From assembly GCA_964016885.1 (NCBI GenBank), contig OZ024741.1, positions 339,760,001-339,824,000 on the forward strand: a DNA stretch of 64,000 nucleotides, in the 5' to 3' direction. This document shows positions 38,899 to 53,354 of the stretch, piece after piece. The notes below the pieces were generated by a model. The model was given only the letters and a program-made list of their open reading frames with translations. It did no database searches and had not been told where the DNA came from. Origin of the DNA: Eledone cirrhosa. Its lineage: Eukaryota. The position numbers and the translations under genes were made by a program. Numbering within the stretch: position 1 is the stretch's first letter; each line of letters begins with the position of its first letter.

Positions 38899-39483
38899 AC
38901 AACGACGACGTCACATTTTGTATATGAGTGTCTATGTGTTTGTGTTTACGCGTTCGCTACGTATGTTAGGCCTTAATAAGTTACATACACATACACCTTC
39001 ACGTAAGTATTTAATCAGACACACAGACAATTAAACACACACACACATATCTACACTTGTGATGACTGACAAGTATATGTGGGGGTGAATGTATGTGAGA
39101 GTGTATGTGTGTGAGTATACATAGATTTCTGTGACGCCTGACATAACGAAACCTGGGAGTGAAACTGTGTGTGTGTTTGTATGAATGTATGTCTGTGTGT
39201 GCTTTTTATAAGTGTATTTTTGTGTGAGTGTATGTGTGTCTGTTCGTGGATGAAACTCTATGTGTGAGTTTGTATGAATGTATGTCAGTGTGTGTTTGTT
39301 ATAAGTGTATGTTTATGTGAGTGTATCTGTGCTTGTTCGTTTATATTTATATTCTCATACCGTTAAATTAGCAGTTGATACATTTACTTAAATTTGGTTA
39401 ATTTACACTGCATACAAAAATAATAATTGATATATATTTCTTTGGGATGTTGATACTTATTTGTTTACAATATTGAAAAAAAA

Positions 39484-39927
39484 AATGCTTTTATTCTAAA
39501 CATTCTTCTCATACCTACAGCTGTTCCATTTGAATTTAAGAGACTTCAGTTTCCAGTCAAACTAAGTTTTGTTATTTCAATCAACAAATCTCAGGATCAA
39601 TCCCTCAAGGTTGTTGGACTTGATCTCTCTACTACATGTTTCTCCCACGATCAAATCTGTTGGTTGCTCACGAGTTGAAAGCAGCAACAATCTATTCATT
39701 TGGACACCAACAAAAAATTACACAATGAATATTGTTTACCTTGAGGTGTATCAAGATTGACAGATTTTCATTTCTAAATGCTATTATCATAACAATTATG
39801 ATATTCTAAAAATAAAATATAGATATTTTGAAATAATTATGATGAAAAAAATATATCTTCATATTTATTGTTTACTAATCTGAATAAGAATAGCAGTAAC
39901 CTGGGCAACGCCGTGTCATTCAGCTAG
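39484..39927 (+). mobile_element. Helitron 3' fragment: PIF1-like helicase C-terminus (39484-39760, frameshifted) and 3' terminus
   Basis: LIPTAVPFEFKRLQFPVKLSFVISINKSQDQSLKVVGLDL..CFSHDQ / VGCSRV...NIVYLEV; terminal hairpin acctgggcaacgccgtgt followed by CTAG|T at 39924-39928. Confidence 0.9.
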
Positions 39928-40292
39928 TATATAGATAAATGTGTGTGTATGTATGTGTATGTGTGTGTGCGCGTGTGTGTGTAGATTATACACACACTCA
40001 CAAACACATACATGTATATCTAGCGTATACGGTATGTTTGCGACTAAATATTTGAAAGACTTTAGCTGTGAATTTTGGAAGCGGATTCCATCATAAGCAG
40101 GCGCGGGGAACTGCCGTGCTCGCTTACCCTGCTCTCTCCAGGAATTCAATATAAGCTAAAACATAGTTTTCACGCCTATGTAAATACGTTGATTAGCCTT
40201 ATTTGCATATGGAGCTGTCGGTCGGCTCGACCTGAAAATAGAATTAGGGCGTTCGCTCCGACATAGCTGTATATATATGAGTATATGTATTA

Positions 40293-40410
40293 AGTGAAGG
40301 CTGATTGGTTAGAGAACTGGATTCGCAATCGTGAGGTTGTCAGTTCGATTCCTGGACCGGGCGATGCGTTATGTCCTTGAGCAAAACACTTTATTTCACG
40401 TTGCTCCTTC
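40293..40410 (+). mobile_element. tRNA-SINE family 2, 5' part
   Basis: A-box-like gattggttaga, B box gttcgattcc, then tgtccttgagcaaaacact..tttcacgttgctcc similar to 54451-54560. Confidence 0.75.
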
Positions 40411-40529
40411 TACCAGGAGTTGCGACCGATATTAGCAATTGGAAAGACCAACGGAAACACTGTTTCCTCGGTCCGATTTAACGAACGTCGATCGACAAAT
40501 ATATGTATTTTGTATATCTAGCGTTATAT

Positions 40530-40606
<77 letters not shown>

Positions 40607-40625
40607 AGTATACAAACACACAGGC

Positions 40626-40770
40626 GTGGATGCAGTCATGGATGAGTGGTAAAAAGCTTCGTTTCTCAATCGATGACATGGGTTCCACCCCGTTCACGTT
40701 CCATCTTGGCCATCATTTAGCAAGCCAATGAGAGAAATTGGGTTGACAGAATATGTCGAGGACTGACATA
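40626..40770 (+). mobile_element. Decayed tRNA-SINE family 3
   Basis: tggatgagtggtaaaaagct...gggttccacccc; similar to the reverse complement of 61325-61460. Confidence 0.5.
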
Positions 40771-40951
40771 TAAATTGCTCTTATGATTTAAAAGGTCGCT
40801 ATGTCAGAAACTGTGTACGGCTGAATCTACCTGAGAATTATGTCAACAGTACACATGTCTGTGGAATACTCAACCACTTATACGTTAATCCAACGAATGC
40901 TCACCGTCGCGATCAATGGAGACTCGGTCACAGACTTACGCACATACATAA

Positions 40952-40992
<41 letters not shown>

Positions 40993-41050
40993 ATATATTT
41001 ATCCTCATCGAGCCCTCTTTGGATTTTAGTCTCCATATTTATTATTATTG

Positions 41051-41091
<41 letters not shown>

Positions 41092-41201
41092 TCCAGTTCC
41101 TCAGTGAGATAACAACCCAACCAGGAACTGGGCATATCAGAGTATTGACAAAATTATACACCCCGACAACATATGTATTTGTCTATACCACACTAATTCG
41201 G

Positions 41202-41256
41202 ACTGCCTGAAGAGGTCACAGCCAAAGATGGCTGTCACCGAAATATATATAGCAGT
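41202..41256 (+). ncRNA. Minimal type-I hammerhead motif followed by AATAAA
   Basis: actgc-CTGAAGA-ggtcacagcca aaga tggctgtcacc-GAAA-tatata-TA-gcagt-AATAAA. Confidence 0.82.
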
Positions 41257-42069
41257 AATAAACGAAGCTAAATTTTAAACATTTGACTTTTTATTTTACT
41301 TTATTTTACATTACTCCGGAGTAACCAAACAAACCTGCGCACTTCGTCGAGTGCTCCAGCCTGCATATTGAGGTGTTGGTATACAACCAACATATACTCA
41401 AAATCTCTCTCTATATATAGAGAGATTTCGGAAAATTTCGGAAAATAAAACGATGTAAATTCTCGCAACAAAAACAACCTGCTCTATAAAATTGGATTAA
41501 AGAACAACAAGCTGTATTAATCTAACCTAATACATCAAGCATCCAATACTGAATCATCGTTGATTATGTGAAGGACATATAATCTATATATTACGTTTCC
41601 TGGATTGTAAAAATGGTGGTGTATACGAAAACCATAACATTATTTTGCTTCTCATTTTTAATATTTCTCTGCACACAAGCTTCTTTATCATACATAAAAA
41701 ATACTTTACCAATACAACCCCCCTAATACTCTTGATTGCCCGCTTAAAGTGCTTGTATTGCATATAACACCTTGCCGCACAATAATATTATATAAATAAG
41801 ACACACGTGCATGCCCCACGTGTAACTATTGCATACACTAACTACTTCAAACTATCCTCTTGCATTATCTTAGTAAACTGCCGATGTTGTATTTTAACTT
41901 TAATTTTGTTTTAATTTTCTTTTAATATGATTTTAATTTTTGAATGTAAATTGCCATGCTAAAATATTATAATGGATGTCACGCCACTGTGCATCGATAT
42001 ATACATATGTTTCTGTATGTCTCTTGTGTTGGAAAGGAGGTCATGTATGTAAACAATCATTGAAAAATT

Positions 42070-42114
42070 GCTCCGAAGACTCCAAACCTCGGTTTGGACG
42101 AAACAATTGTAAGC
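42070..42114 (+). ncRNA. Minimal type-I hammerhead motif (U4>C) followed by AATAAA
   Basis: gct-CCGAAGA-c tccaaacc tc ggtttgga c-GAAA-caattg-TA-agc taataaa. Confidence 0.68.
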
Positions 42115-42315
42115 TAATAAATGGTTTGAACAGAACTCTGATTCATGTAATTTCTATAGAACTGCTCTGTAGAACAACTGATGTTATTACATTGAGCTAT
42201 TTATCTTACTGGTAATAAGGTAGTAATAAATTACTGTCTTTCACTGTTTAGGGTTTAAAATATATATAACTATAAAAAGTTTTAGTATATACATAACCAT
42301 AAATAGTATCCTTAA

Positions 42316-42392
<77 letters not shown>

Positions 42393-42395
<3 letters not shown>

Positions 42396-42845
42396 CGAAG
42401 GAAGTGTGGTAAGGAACCAGGTGGACCATAACGCACCAGCGTACTCGATATTTTGGTAGTAGAGTGGGTAATAGGAAAAAATTCAGGACCCCGACGGTAG
42501 AGCTGCAGCCGTTTCGACGGCTATTTCTGGACTAAATAGCTAGCCTACTTTACCCACACTCTTTAGAAATAGCTCTATAGAACTCACTCTTAACGCTTGA
42601 CCGGTTTCACCCACTCCCTCTTTGTTCTACAGGCAAGTTCAGCCCCCCCCCCCTACCCGCCGCCATGAAAGATTTAACTGTGTTCAGAAAGAACTTCGAC
42701 CACTCCTTTTAATAACTACAACCCTCAGAAACGTCTGACTATCATATATATGGAATTACCCCTTGAAGAGATCGGCTATATCAACACCACGCTAAAAATT
42801 TAATTTAATCCAGAAATAGCCGTCGAAACGGCTTGAGCTCTGCCG
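42393..42845. mobile_element. HHR inverted-repeat element family, third copy (opposite orientation to 36362), hammerhead at 42758-42845 (+)
   Basis: acccc-TTGAAGA-gatcggctat...atagccgtc-GAAAC-ggc ttgagctct gcc-G; tail and arm shared with the 3063 and 36362 copies. Confidence 0.8.
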
Positions 42846-42951
42846 GCGAAGAAGAAGGGAAAAAAGAGTATATATATATATATTTATTTATATATATATG
42901 TATATATTAATTCAAAATATTAACAAAAATAGACATTCGTGTGATCAAGTA

Positions 42952-43018
42952 TATTTTATTATACATATTTAAGAGGTACTGAGCTATCTTCAATAGTACG
43001 TCCTCATCAGATAAAATA
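42952..43018 (-). ncRNA. Decayed hammerhead motif (G12>U)
   Basis: Reverse: tattttat-CTGATGA-ggacgtact...agtacctct-TAAA-tatgta-TA-ataaaata; 8-bp stem I. Confidence 0.6.
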
Positions 43019-43744
43019 AGATGATGCATGACATACCCTGACTTAGTAGATGGTTAAGATTCAGTCATGGTAGTGAATAAGATATGACAAAACTCAATAT
43101 TTATATACCTTAAGATTGAGACATGAAAAAATTTACATATAATACAGAGGGTGCGTGTGAGAAAGCTTAAAAATACATAATATCAATTTACATAACTGTT
43201 AGAGGTTCAAATAATTTAAATTATTGAAGAAAGAAGAAATAGAGAAGAAAGACAGAGAGAAACAGATGAGGAAAAAAATATAGTTACTAGAAGTATAGAA
43301 AGCAAAAGAGGATAGAGAGACAAGGAGGAAACATTTTTATAGTATAAAGCATAGGGAGGGAGATTTGTATTGTCGTGGACGAATAGGGTGTGATTAGATG
43401 ATGCAAATATATATATATCTATATAAATACATGAATATACATTTGGGCATAGCTTTGTGAAAGAGTAAACTCGAATCTTTGAATTATCTAGAAGTATCCA
43501 TCAATCTAAATATTAAATATATATGAGGGTTTAATTTCGAGTCTTTAGTTAATTAGAAATATACTAACAATTAATTATATACACTATATATATCCAAATG
43601 TATCCGGCTGACCGTTAAATTTTGAATCATTTATGTTAGTTCAGAATAATGAATTAATCTAAAGGTATAATATTTCAGGCTATAAAAGTTTATAAATATC
43701 TATATTAATATTAAAGTATACTATCATATTTAATTTATAAATTC

Positions 43745-44530
43745 ATATTTAAAGTATTTGCAAACATGAGAAAGAGAAGACTTAATATTTTCATCCTCAC
43801 GAGGGTAATCCATATCAAATTATATTATTTTATATTATAATAAAAAAAAATTTTTTATATTAAAATAATAATTCTCATTATATAATTTAGAAAATAATTA
43901 TAGTTATAACTTTAAAAATTTAAAATTAACAATTAGAATGCCCTAAAGTATCTAAAGGCCTTATAATTAAACTTAAAAAGGGTATTATTAAATTAGATAT
44001 ACGCATTTGTCTAAATATATACAAAGAGTATATTGTCTAAAGTTCAAGACGATATTAATCAGTTATACACAATATAATATAATATAATAAATAAGTTACT
44101 GTTAATATTGTTAAAATTAATATTTTAGAATCATGTAATACATATATACTATAAATATAAATGAAACTTCATGAATCATAAGGATAAGAACCAGATTTAA
44201 AAAAAAAAAAGTAAATTGTTTGCGATCATAAAAGTGCCAAATATCTAAGCTATATGATTTAAAAATACAAGAAAATTTTAAAGGATCTATATTGTAGTAT
44301 AATATCATATTTAAAGTGTCTGCAAACGTGAGAAAGAGAAAACTTAAGATTTTCATCGACCTGAAGGTAACCCGAATTTAATTAAATTAAAAATAATAAT
44401 CTTTATATAATTTAGAAAATATTTAACAATTATAACACTAGAATGTCCTTAAGTATCTAAAGTAGTTATAAATGTAGCTAGAAGCATGTTATTAAACTAG
44501 ATATATACATTTGTCCAAATATACAGAAAA
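43745..44530. repeat. Diverged AT-rich direct repeat (43745-44040 vs 44306-44530)
   Basis: catatttaaagt.t.tgcaaac.tgagaaagagaa.acttaa.attttcatc and tagaatg.cct.aagtatctaaag each occur twice in the same order. Confidence 0.8.
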
Positions 44531-44824
44531 CCAATCTGTCGAGTGCTTCCAATCTATTGTAAAACTCATTCTTTGATTTAGTCATTGAACCTTGTTTAAC
44601 CTTTAAATATATTTATATATATATATATATATATATATACTCTTTTTTTCCTTTCTTCTTCTTCGCCCGTTGTTTCCTCAGCCTTAATTTCATAATTATA
44701 TTTTGTTTTCAAATCCATATTTAATAAACACAATGTTTTATTCATTCTGACGATTGAAAACAGATATATCTGCTTTCAAGAAACCACTGGTAAATGAAAT
44801 AATTATCTTATGCTGTTTATTACA

Positions 44825-45050
<226 letters not shown>

Positions 45051-45469
45051 TATATATATATCCATTCTAAGTTCTAAGTACACATAAATTTACATGTGAC
45101 TGCAAGTTATTTTCCATGTACTTTTGAGCATATGGCAATGTTCACATATGTTTTCATATACATCTGTATATATGTAATTATATATATATATATACATACA
45201 TATCTTTTCATACGAGGATATAATTTTCTAGTGTTAATGAGGGCATAGTGAAACAAATAAATAAACATGTCTACAAAATAAATAAATAAATAAAATGTTA
45301 AAATAAATAAATAGAAAAGCAAGAAATGAAACAAGAAAATAAATACCAAAAATAAATATATGATATATGAAAATATAAGGTGAGAATGAAAAAGAATTTT
45401 ATCAGAACGGGCTCAATAAAGCATAACAAACATTGAATCTACCGCAAAAAATACTAATAATTCTCTAAC

Positions 45470-45983
45470 TATAACAACAACTACCGCACCAATAACGACG
45501 GCAACAACATAACAACTGATACTACCAGCAACTATAACAATAATAACAACAACAACAGCAATAATAACAATAACAACACACATAACAACAGCAATAACTA
45601 CAGCAATAACAACAATAACAACAGTTACAACAACAGCAATAACAAGTTACAACAACAGCAATAATAACAATAACAACACACATAACAGCGATAACAACAA
45701 TAACAACAGTAACAATAACAACAGTAACAATAACAACAGCAATAATAACAATAACAACAGTAACAACAACAACACCAATAATAACAATAACAACAGTAAC
45801 AACAACAACAACAGCAATGACAACAACAGCAACACCAATGACAACAGTGACAACAGTAACATCACCAGCAACAACAACCACAACAACAACAGTGACATCA
45901 TCAACACCATCACCACCACCACCAACAACAACAACAACAACAATAACAACAGTAACATCACCACCACCAACACCACCACCACC

Positions 45984-46015
<32 letters not shown>

Positions 46016-46052
46016 CAACAATAACAACAGACACACCATCAGCAACACAACC

Positions 46053-46084
<32 letters not shown>

Positions 46085-46198
46085 CAACCACAACAACAAT
46101 AACAACAGTAACACTACCACCACCACCACCAACAACAACAACAACCACAACAACAATAAAACAGTAACATCTCCACCACCATCACCACCACCACTACC

Positions 46199-46230
<32 letters not shown>

Positions 46231-46309
46231 CCAAAACAACAACAATAAAACAGTAACATCTCCACCACCATCCACCACCACCACCACCACCACCACCAAC
46301 AGCACCACC

Positions 46310-46341
<32 letters not shown>

Positions 46342-46480
46342 CAACCACAACAATAACAACAGCAACACAACCACCACCACCACGGCCACCACCACCACCA
46401 ACAACAACTATAACAGTAACATCATCATACAACAACAACAACCAACAGCAATAACAACAACTGCAATAACAGCAAGAAAA
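45470..46480. repeat. (AAC/ACC/AAT)n low-complexity tract
   Basis: Direct inspection. Confidence 0.93.
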
Positions 46481-46709
46481 AAATAACTGAATAACAGAAG
46501 GGGAAAGCAAAGGAATCTTTCAAGATCTTTTCCAAAGGAAAGGTTATTTAGTACAACAGATGGAGTTGTATTGTTTTGTTGTTGTTGTTCCGTTTTTTGT
46601 TTCGTTATTTTCCTTTTACTTCTATTATGAATTTCGTGAGAAATACTTCCTCTCTAAGGTATCTCTCTTAATATATATATGTGTGTGTATGTGTGTATGT
46701 GTATGTGTG

Positions 46710-46792
<83 letters not shown>

Positions 46793-46886
46793 TTATATAT
46801 ATATATATTTATATATATATATATATATATACATACATATATATATGTGTGTGTTTATATATATATATATTTATATATATATATAT

Positions 46887-46968
<82 letters not shown>

Positions 46969-47067
46969 GTATGTGTATGTGTGTATGTGTGTGTGTGTAT
47001 GTATATATATATATATGTGTGTGTGAATGTATATATAAATATATAAATATATATACATACATGTATA

Positions 47068-47163
<96 letters not shown>

Positions 47164-47876
47164 TATACATACACACACACACATATATTTATATGTATAT
47201 ATGTATATATATATATATACACCTTATATGTGTGTGTATATTGTGTATATATGTATATACACATATACTCATGTATAATATATATGTGTGTGTGTCACTA
47301 AGCTATCTCTGTCTTATAGTATTCTTCCGACAAAATATTAATAATATTATTTACTATAAAAATGTTCCTCTTCTTTTTATATTGTTTTTTTTTTCCTCAA
47401 TTTATTTTCTGCTTCCTATTTAATCTATCATCCTTTCATCTTTCTTGCCATCTCTTACCACGTCTCTTTTCATCTCTCTCTTCCATCTCTCTCACAATCT
47501 TCCTTTTCACACTTTCCGGTTGTTTACATTTTTGCCTTATTAATCAGGTGGCTGAGTGCTATATAGTTAAAAACTACACATACTTGGCCTATAGATGCAC
47601 CATATTTGTCATGAGGCTCCCCTGGGAGTCTCCCGACAAATATTTATTTCAGATTAGGTACTCCCCGGTGTTATACTTTTAAATATTTGTATACCCCTCC
47701 TCCCCCCATTAATTCAAAATGACAAACAGCTTTGAAAATATAGCGTAATTTCTCCTGCCATGGTTGTCGTTCTTATACCATTATTACAGTGGGTGGCACA
47801 GTGTGTTCTTGAGTAACATAATTTATTTCGCATTGTTCCAATGAAAATATCACTGGAAACATCGTCTTCTTTCTTT

Positions 47877-49128
47877 TGCCAGGAGTTGTGACGTGTAGAT
47901 AGTATAAACAATGGAAAAACTATTGTAACATCGTTTCTTGGTCAGATATAACAATCGGCACCTTTATTCTGCCAGAAGTTGTGACGTGTAGATAGTATTA
48001 GCAATGGAAATCCAATGGTAACATTGTATTTTGGGTCAGATATAACAATCGGCTCCTTTATTCTGCCAGGAGTTGTGACGTGTAGATAGTATTAGCAATA
48101 GAAAGACCAATGGTAACATTGTATTTTGGGTCAGATATAACAATCGGCTCCTTTATTCTGCCAGGAGTTGTGACGTGTAGATAGTATTAGCAATGGAAAG
48201 ACCAATGGTAACATTGTATTTTGGGTCAGATATAACAATCGGCTCCTTTATTCTGCCAGGAGTTGTGACGTGTAGATAGTATTAGCAATAGAAAGACCAA
48301 TGGTAACATTGTATTTTGGGTCAGATATAACAATCGGCTCCTTTATTCTGCCAGGAGTTGTGACGTGTAGATAGTATTAGCAATGGAAAGACCAATGGTA
48401 ACATTGTATTTTGGGTCAGATATAACAATCGGCTCCTTTATTCTGCCAGGAGTTGTGACGTGTAGATAGTATTAGCAATGGAAATCCAATGGTAACATTG
48501 TATTTTGGGTCAGATATAACAATCGGCTCCTTTATTCTGCCAGGAGTTGTGACGTGTAGATAGTATTAGCAATAGAAAGACCAATGGTAACATTGTTTTT
48601 TGGGTCAGATATAACAATCGGCTCCTTTATTCTGCCAGGAGTTGTGACGTGTAGATAGTATTAGCAATAGAAAGACCAATGGTAACATTGTTTTTTGGGT
48701 CAGATATAACAATCGGCTCCTTTATTCTGCCAGGAGTTGTGACGTGTAGATAGTATTAGCAATGGAAAGACTATTGTAACATCGTTTCTTGGTCAGATAT
48801 AACAATCGGCTCCTTTATTCTGCCAGGAGTTGTGACGTGTAGATAGTATTAGCAATGGAAAGACTATTGTAACATCGTTTCTTGGTCAGATATAACAATT
48901 GGCTCCTTTATTCTGCCAGGAGTTGTGACGTGTAGATAGTATTAGCAATGGAAAGACTATTGTAACATCGTTTCTTGGTCAGATATAACAATCGGCTCCT
49001 TTATTCTGCCAGGAGTTGTGACGTGTAGATAGTATTAGCAATGGAAAGACTATTGTAACATCGTTTCTTGGTCAGATATAACAATCGGCTCCTTTATTCT
49101 GCCAGGAGTTGTGACGTGTAGATAGTAT
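47877..49128. repeat. 93/95-bp minisatellite, ~13.3 copies
   Basis: Unit ccaggagttgtgacgtgtagatagtattagcaatggaaagac...ggtcagatataacaatcggctcctttattctg; 14 occurrences of gttgtgacgtgtagatag. Confidence 0.97.
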
Positions 49129-50414
49129 CGATACTGAAAATATCAATGCAACCATCTTTTCCTCTGTACGATCTAACGATCAGCTCCTTTCCCTCATTTA
49201 TTCTAGCAGGTCAGGTGAGCACAAAGATGCTCCTTATTTGTTGTTTTAATTGAGGTTCGACGCAGAACGTCTTTCCACTGGATTTATTTTATCATTTTAT
49301 TGAGTTTTCTATCGTAGTCTTCATTTTATGATATTATCTGATTTATGCTGTAACATATGTATTATAGCCGGCATTGCTATCATTAAAACTCGGAGCTTCT
49401 CGTTATTTCTCTTGTTGTCGTGGCTGCTGTTGTTGTTCTTGCAGTCGTGTTTGTTGTTACTGTTATTATTGTTGTTCTTACTGCCATTATAATTATCGAT
49501 TGATCGTTCGTCAAATATATAATACACATTATTTCTTTTCTTTTCTAATTCTTCAAAGCTCCGTACTTTAAAATGTAAATGTCGGGAAGGAGATAGAGAA
49601 AGATGGGAAATGTTTCATACGTTTTTTTTCTATAATATACTCCTGAAGAGAGGGTGTTTTTTTTAGCTTAGGTTGGTTGATTTGCTGGTTGTTAATATTT
49701 TTATTTTTTGTAAAATTCACGTTTTTTTTCAGCGGTAAATTGAAAACATTTATTTATTTTGTTTTTCAGTTGCTTGTTTGTAACTTTATATTTTTTATTC
49801 CCGAAGTATCATAGAAAGAAACTTCTTTACATCAAATATAAAGAAAGCAGAACTAAACATAGGAAGGAACAGCGAATTTATAATGGCTATGGTTATATAT
49901 ATACACATACATATGTATGTATATATATATATATATATACATACATAATATATATATATATATAAATATATATATATGTATGTATATAGGTCGTCCATAC
50001 AGAGGTAATGATTTCTAATTTGTCCATACCATCCTCAGTAGTATATTATATAGAAAAACGTATCAACTATTTGCCATCATTCTCTACCTCCTTCCTGACA
50101 TTTACATTTTAAAGTATGAAGCTTTGAAGAATTATAAAAGAAAACACATGAAGTAACGTGTCCAAATTAAAGAATTTGAAGGGATTTAGTAATATAAATT
50201 TCTCATTATCAAACTAGTGTTTGGAACATAACTTGACAAAGGTTCTTACATAAAATTACAAGGGAAGGTTTTTGTATAAATATATATATTTTAAAATGAA
50301 AAATCTATATCATAGAACCGAAGGGGGTTTCAAGCGATCTGCTATCAAATGGTTTAAGACGTGCGATTAAAGTCTGTTGGTGAGTGTGTCCTTTGCCAAT
50401 CCATCAAATGGATT

Positions 50415-50615
50415 TTATCTGACACACAGTGTTGTGTCAAAGTGTTTATCTGACATACAGTGTTGTTTCATAAGTGTTTATATTACATACACTGTTGTGT
50501 CATAAGTGTTTATTTGACATACAACATTGTATCATAAGTATTTATCTTACATACACTGTTGTGTCATAAGTGTTTATTTGACATACAATATTGTATCATA
50601 AGTGTATAACTGACA
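50415..50615. repeat. ~32-bp minisatellite, ~6 copies
   Basis: tgacatacactgttgtgtcataagtgtttat repeated with variation. Confidence 0.88.
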
Positions 50616-50666
50616 GTGTTGAGTTACAAATACAACAACACCCCCATCAAAAATAACCTCAACAAC

Positions 50667-50843
50667 CAGTGCCGGATTTAGAACAAATGAAGTCCTGTGC
50701 TAGTTAAGTTATGAGGCCGCTTACTTGGACCCTGAAGAGGGTAGGCTCGGTAAAAAAAATATTAGTATAGGAAGATGGGCTCCCCCTTGCCAATGGGGCC
50801 CTTTGCTTAAGCACATCTAAGCACAATGCTAAATCCAACAGGA
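50667..50843. mobile_element. Possible hAT-type MITE
   Basis: Left end cagtgccggatttag; right end ctaaatcc plus decayed remainder; internal gggccc motifs; TSD not clear. Confidence 0.5.
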
Positions 50844-50844
50844 A

Positions 50845-52180
50845 TTACAACAAGAATAACAACAACCACCGCCATAACAACAATAAGAGTAACAACTATG
50901 ACTACAACTATAACCACAGCACCAACAACAATCACAACTGTAACAACCAGAACTGTAAAAATGACAACAGTAACAACCACAACAACAACAACAACAACGG
51001 CAAGATCACTAATTAACAACACCCTCACTACCACCACCACAACAACAGCAGCAGTAACAACAACAGCAAAAACAACAACAACAACAACAATCACAGGCCA
51101 ATCAAAATTATCAACGTGCACGTGATTAACAAGACTAACAACTAAAGTTTATTATATCTAAATGGAGTGCTGATGGTGGTACTGTTGATAGTGGTGATGG
51201 TGGTGGTGATGGTAGTGATGGTGGTGGTGGTGGTGGTGGTGGTAGTGATGATTGTAGTGATGGTGGTGGTGGGGATGTTCATGGTGGTAGTGATGGTTGT
51301 GGTGATGGTTGTGGTGGTTGTGGTGGTGGTGGTGATGGTGGTGGTGGTGGTTGTGGTGGTGATGGTGGTGTTCATGGTGGTAGTGATGGTTGTAGTGATA
51401 GTAGTAGTTATGGTTGTAGTGATGGTTGTGGTGGTGATGGTGTTGATGGTTGTAGTGATGGTTGTAGTGATGGTGGTGGTGATGGTGGTGGTGGTTGTTG
51501 TGGTGGTGATGGTGTTGATGGTGGTAGTGATGGTTGTGGTGATGGTGGTGGTGATGGTGGTGGTGATGGTGGTGTTGATGGTGGTAGTGATGGTTGTAGT
51601 GATGGTGGTGGTGATGGTGTTGATGGTGGTAGTGATGGTTGTGGTGATGGTGGTGGTGATGGTGGTGTTGATGGTGGTAGTGATGGTTGTAGTGATGGTG
51701 GTAGTGATGGTTGTAGTGATGGTGGTGGTGATGGTGATGGTGGTGGTGGTGGTGGAGGTGGTAGTGATGGTGGTAGTGATGGTGATAGTGATGGTTGTAG
51801 TGATGGTTGTAGTGATGGTGGTGGTGTTGATGGTGGTACCGATGGTTGTGGTGATGGTGGTGGTGGTGATGTTGGTGGTAGCGATGTTGGTGGTGATGTT
51901 GGTGGTAGTGATGGTGTGTGGTGATGGTGATGATGATGGTTGTGGTGGTGATGGTGGTGGTGGTGGCGGCGGCGGCGGTAGTGATGGTTGTAGTGATGGT
52001 GATGGTAGTAGTAGTGCTGGTGATGGTGGTGGTTATGATGGTGATGGTGGTGGTGGTGGAGGTGATGGTGATGGTGGAGGTGATGGAGGTGGTTATGGTG
52101 GTGATGGTGGTAGTAATGGTGATGGTGATGGAGGTGGTGATGGTGGTATTAATGGTGATGGTGTTGGTGGTGTGGTAATA
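50845..52180. repeat. (AAC)n tract followed by an opposite-polarity (GGT/GAT)n tract
   Basis: Direct inspection. Confidence 0.92.
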
Positions 52181-52704
52181 GAATGGTAGGGATGGCGTTA
52201 GTGGCATGAGGTGGTGTTCAATACAATTCAGCTGTCCCCGTATTTCCAATGATTGGCTTCGATTAGGTGATTTCACTGACCAGGCCGCCATATAAGCAGT
52301 GACAGCGTGCAGTCGCATTAGATTAAATAGCGGTAATTAAAGTTTAATTAATTAGACAACATAATGTAATTAATTACTCGAGTGGATTATATGAAATACG
52401 CCGGCAGAGATTCGACAAATATGTCCATTTACATACACAACATCATTAGTGGGAATGTGTGTGTGTGTGGGGGGGGGGGGGGGGTATTTACACACACATT
52501 TTTTAGTGGAAATGTGTCTGTCTGTGTGTATGTATATGTGTATATTTATATACACATTATTAGTGAGAGTATCTGTGTGTTTGGGGCATATTTGTGTATA
52601 CACATATACGTAAATCTACATATATATACTATATACATAAATACATGCATACATGCATACATCCATATATATATATATATATATATATACATACATACAT
52701 GTAT

Positions 52705-52822
<118 letters not shown>

Positions 52823-52908
52823 ATGTATATCTTAGTTCAAGGAGACAACAAACAGAGGTACAAAACGTCTTATTAGTTTCACACCATATATGGAAAAGAG
52901 GAAAGAAA

Positions 52909-52943
52909 ATTCGACATGTCGGACTTAAGCCCGTCTTCAGGAG
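52909..52943 (-). ncRNA. Decayed minimal hammerhead motif
   Basis: Reverse: tc-CTGAAGA-cgggcttaagtcc-GACA-tGTC-ga. Confidence 0.45.
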
Positions 52944-53244
52944 GACAAAATAGAGACAAGATCACAAAATAGAAACAAATATAAAGGAGGTCCAAGTAAA
53001 ATAAGAATCGAAAATAAAGAGTCTAAACAAAACAAGACAAACCGTTATTTATATATAATTTATATACATTATAAACATCTTTTTTAAAAGAATGTCCCAC
53101 TCATTTTTTCAATAATGTCACTTTGACGAATCAAAGAAAGGAAAAAAAAAAGAAAAACAGACCCTAAAATATATTTTCCGTGGTATTTCCAACTTCACCT
53201 TTTCTCTATATCCACTGTTTTGTATAGAACCTTACTTCCCTTTT

Positions 53245-53297
<53 letters not shown>

Positions 53298-53354
53298 TAA
53301 AATAACAGATTAAAGTTTAAGCAAAGAATCGCTGCTTTCACCCTTAACGTATAT

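Noticed and set aside
47877-49128. CRISPR array
   Set aside because: Units are contiguous with no unique spacers, no cas genes, and the context is eukaryotic.
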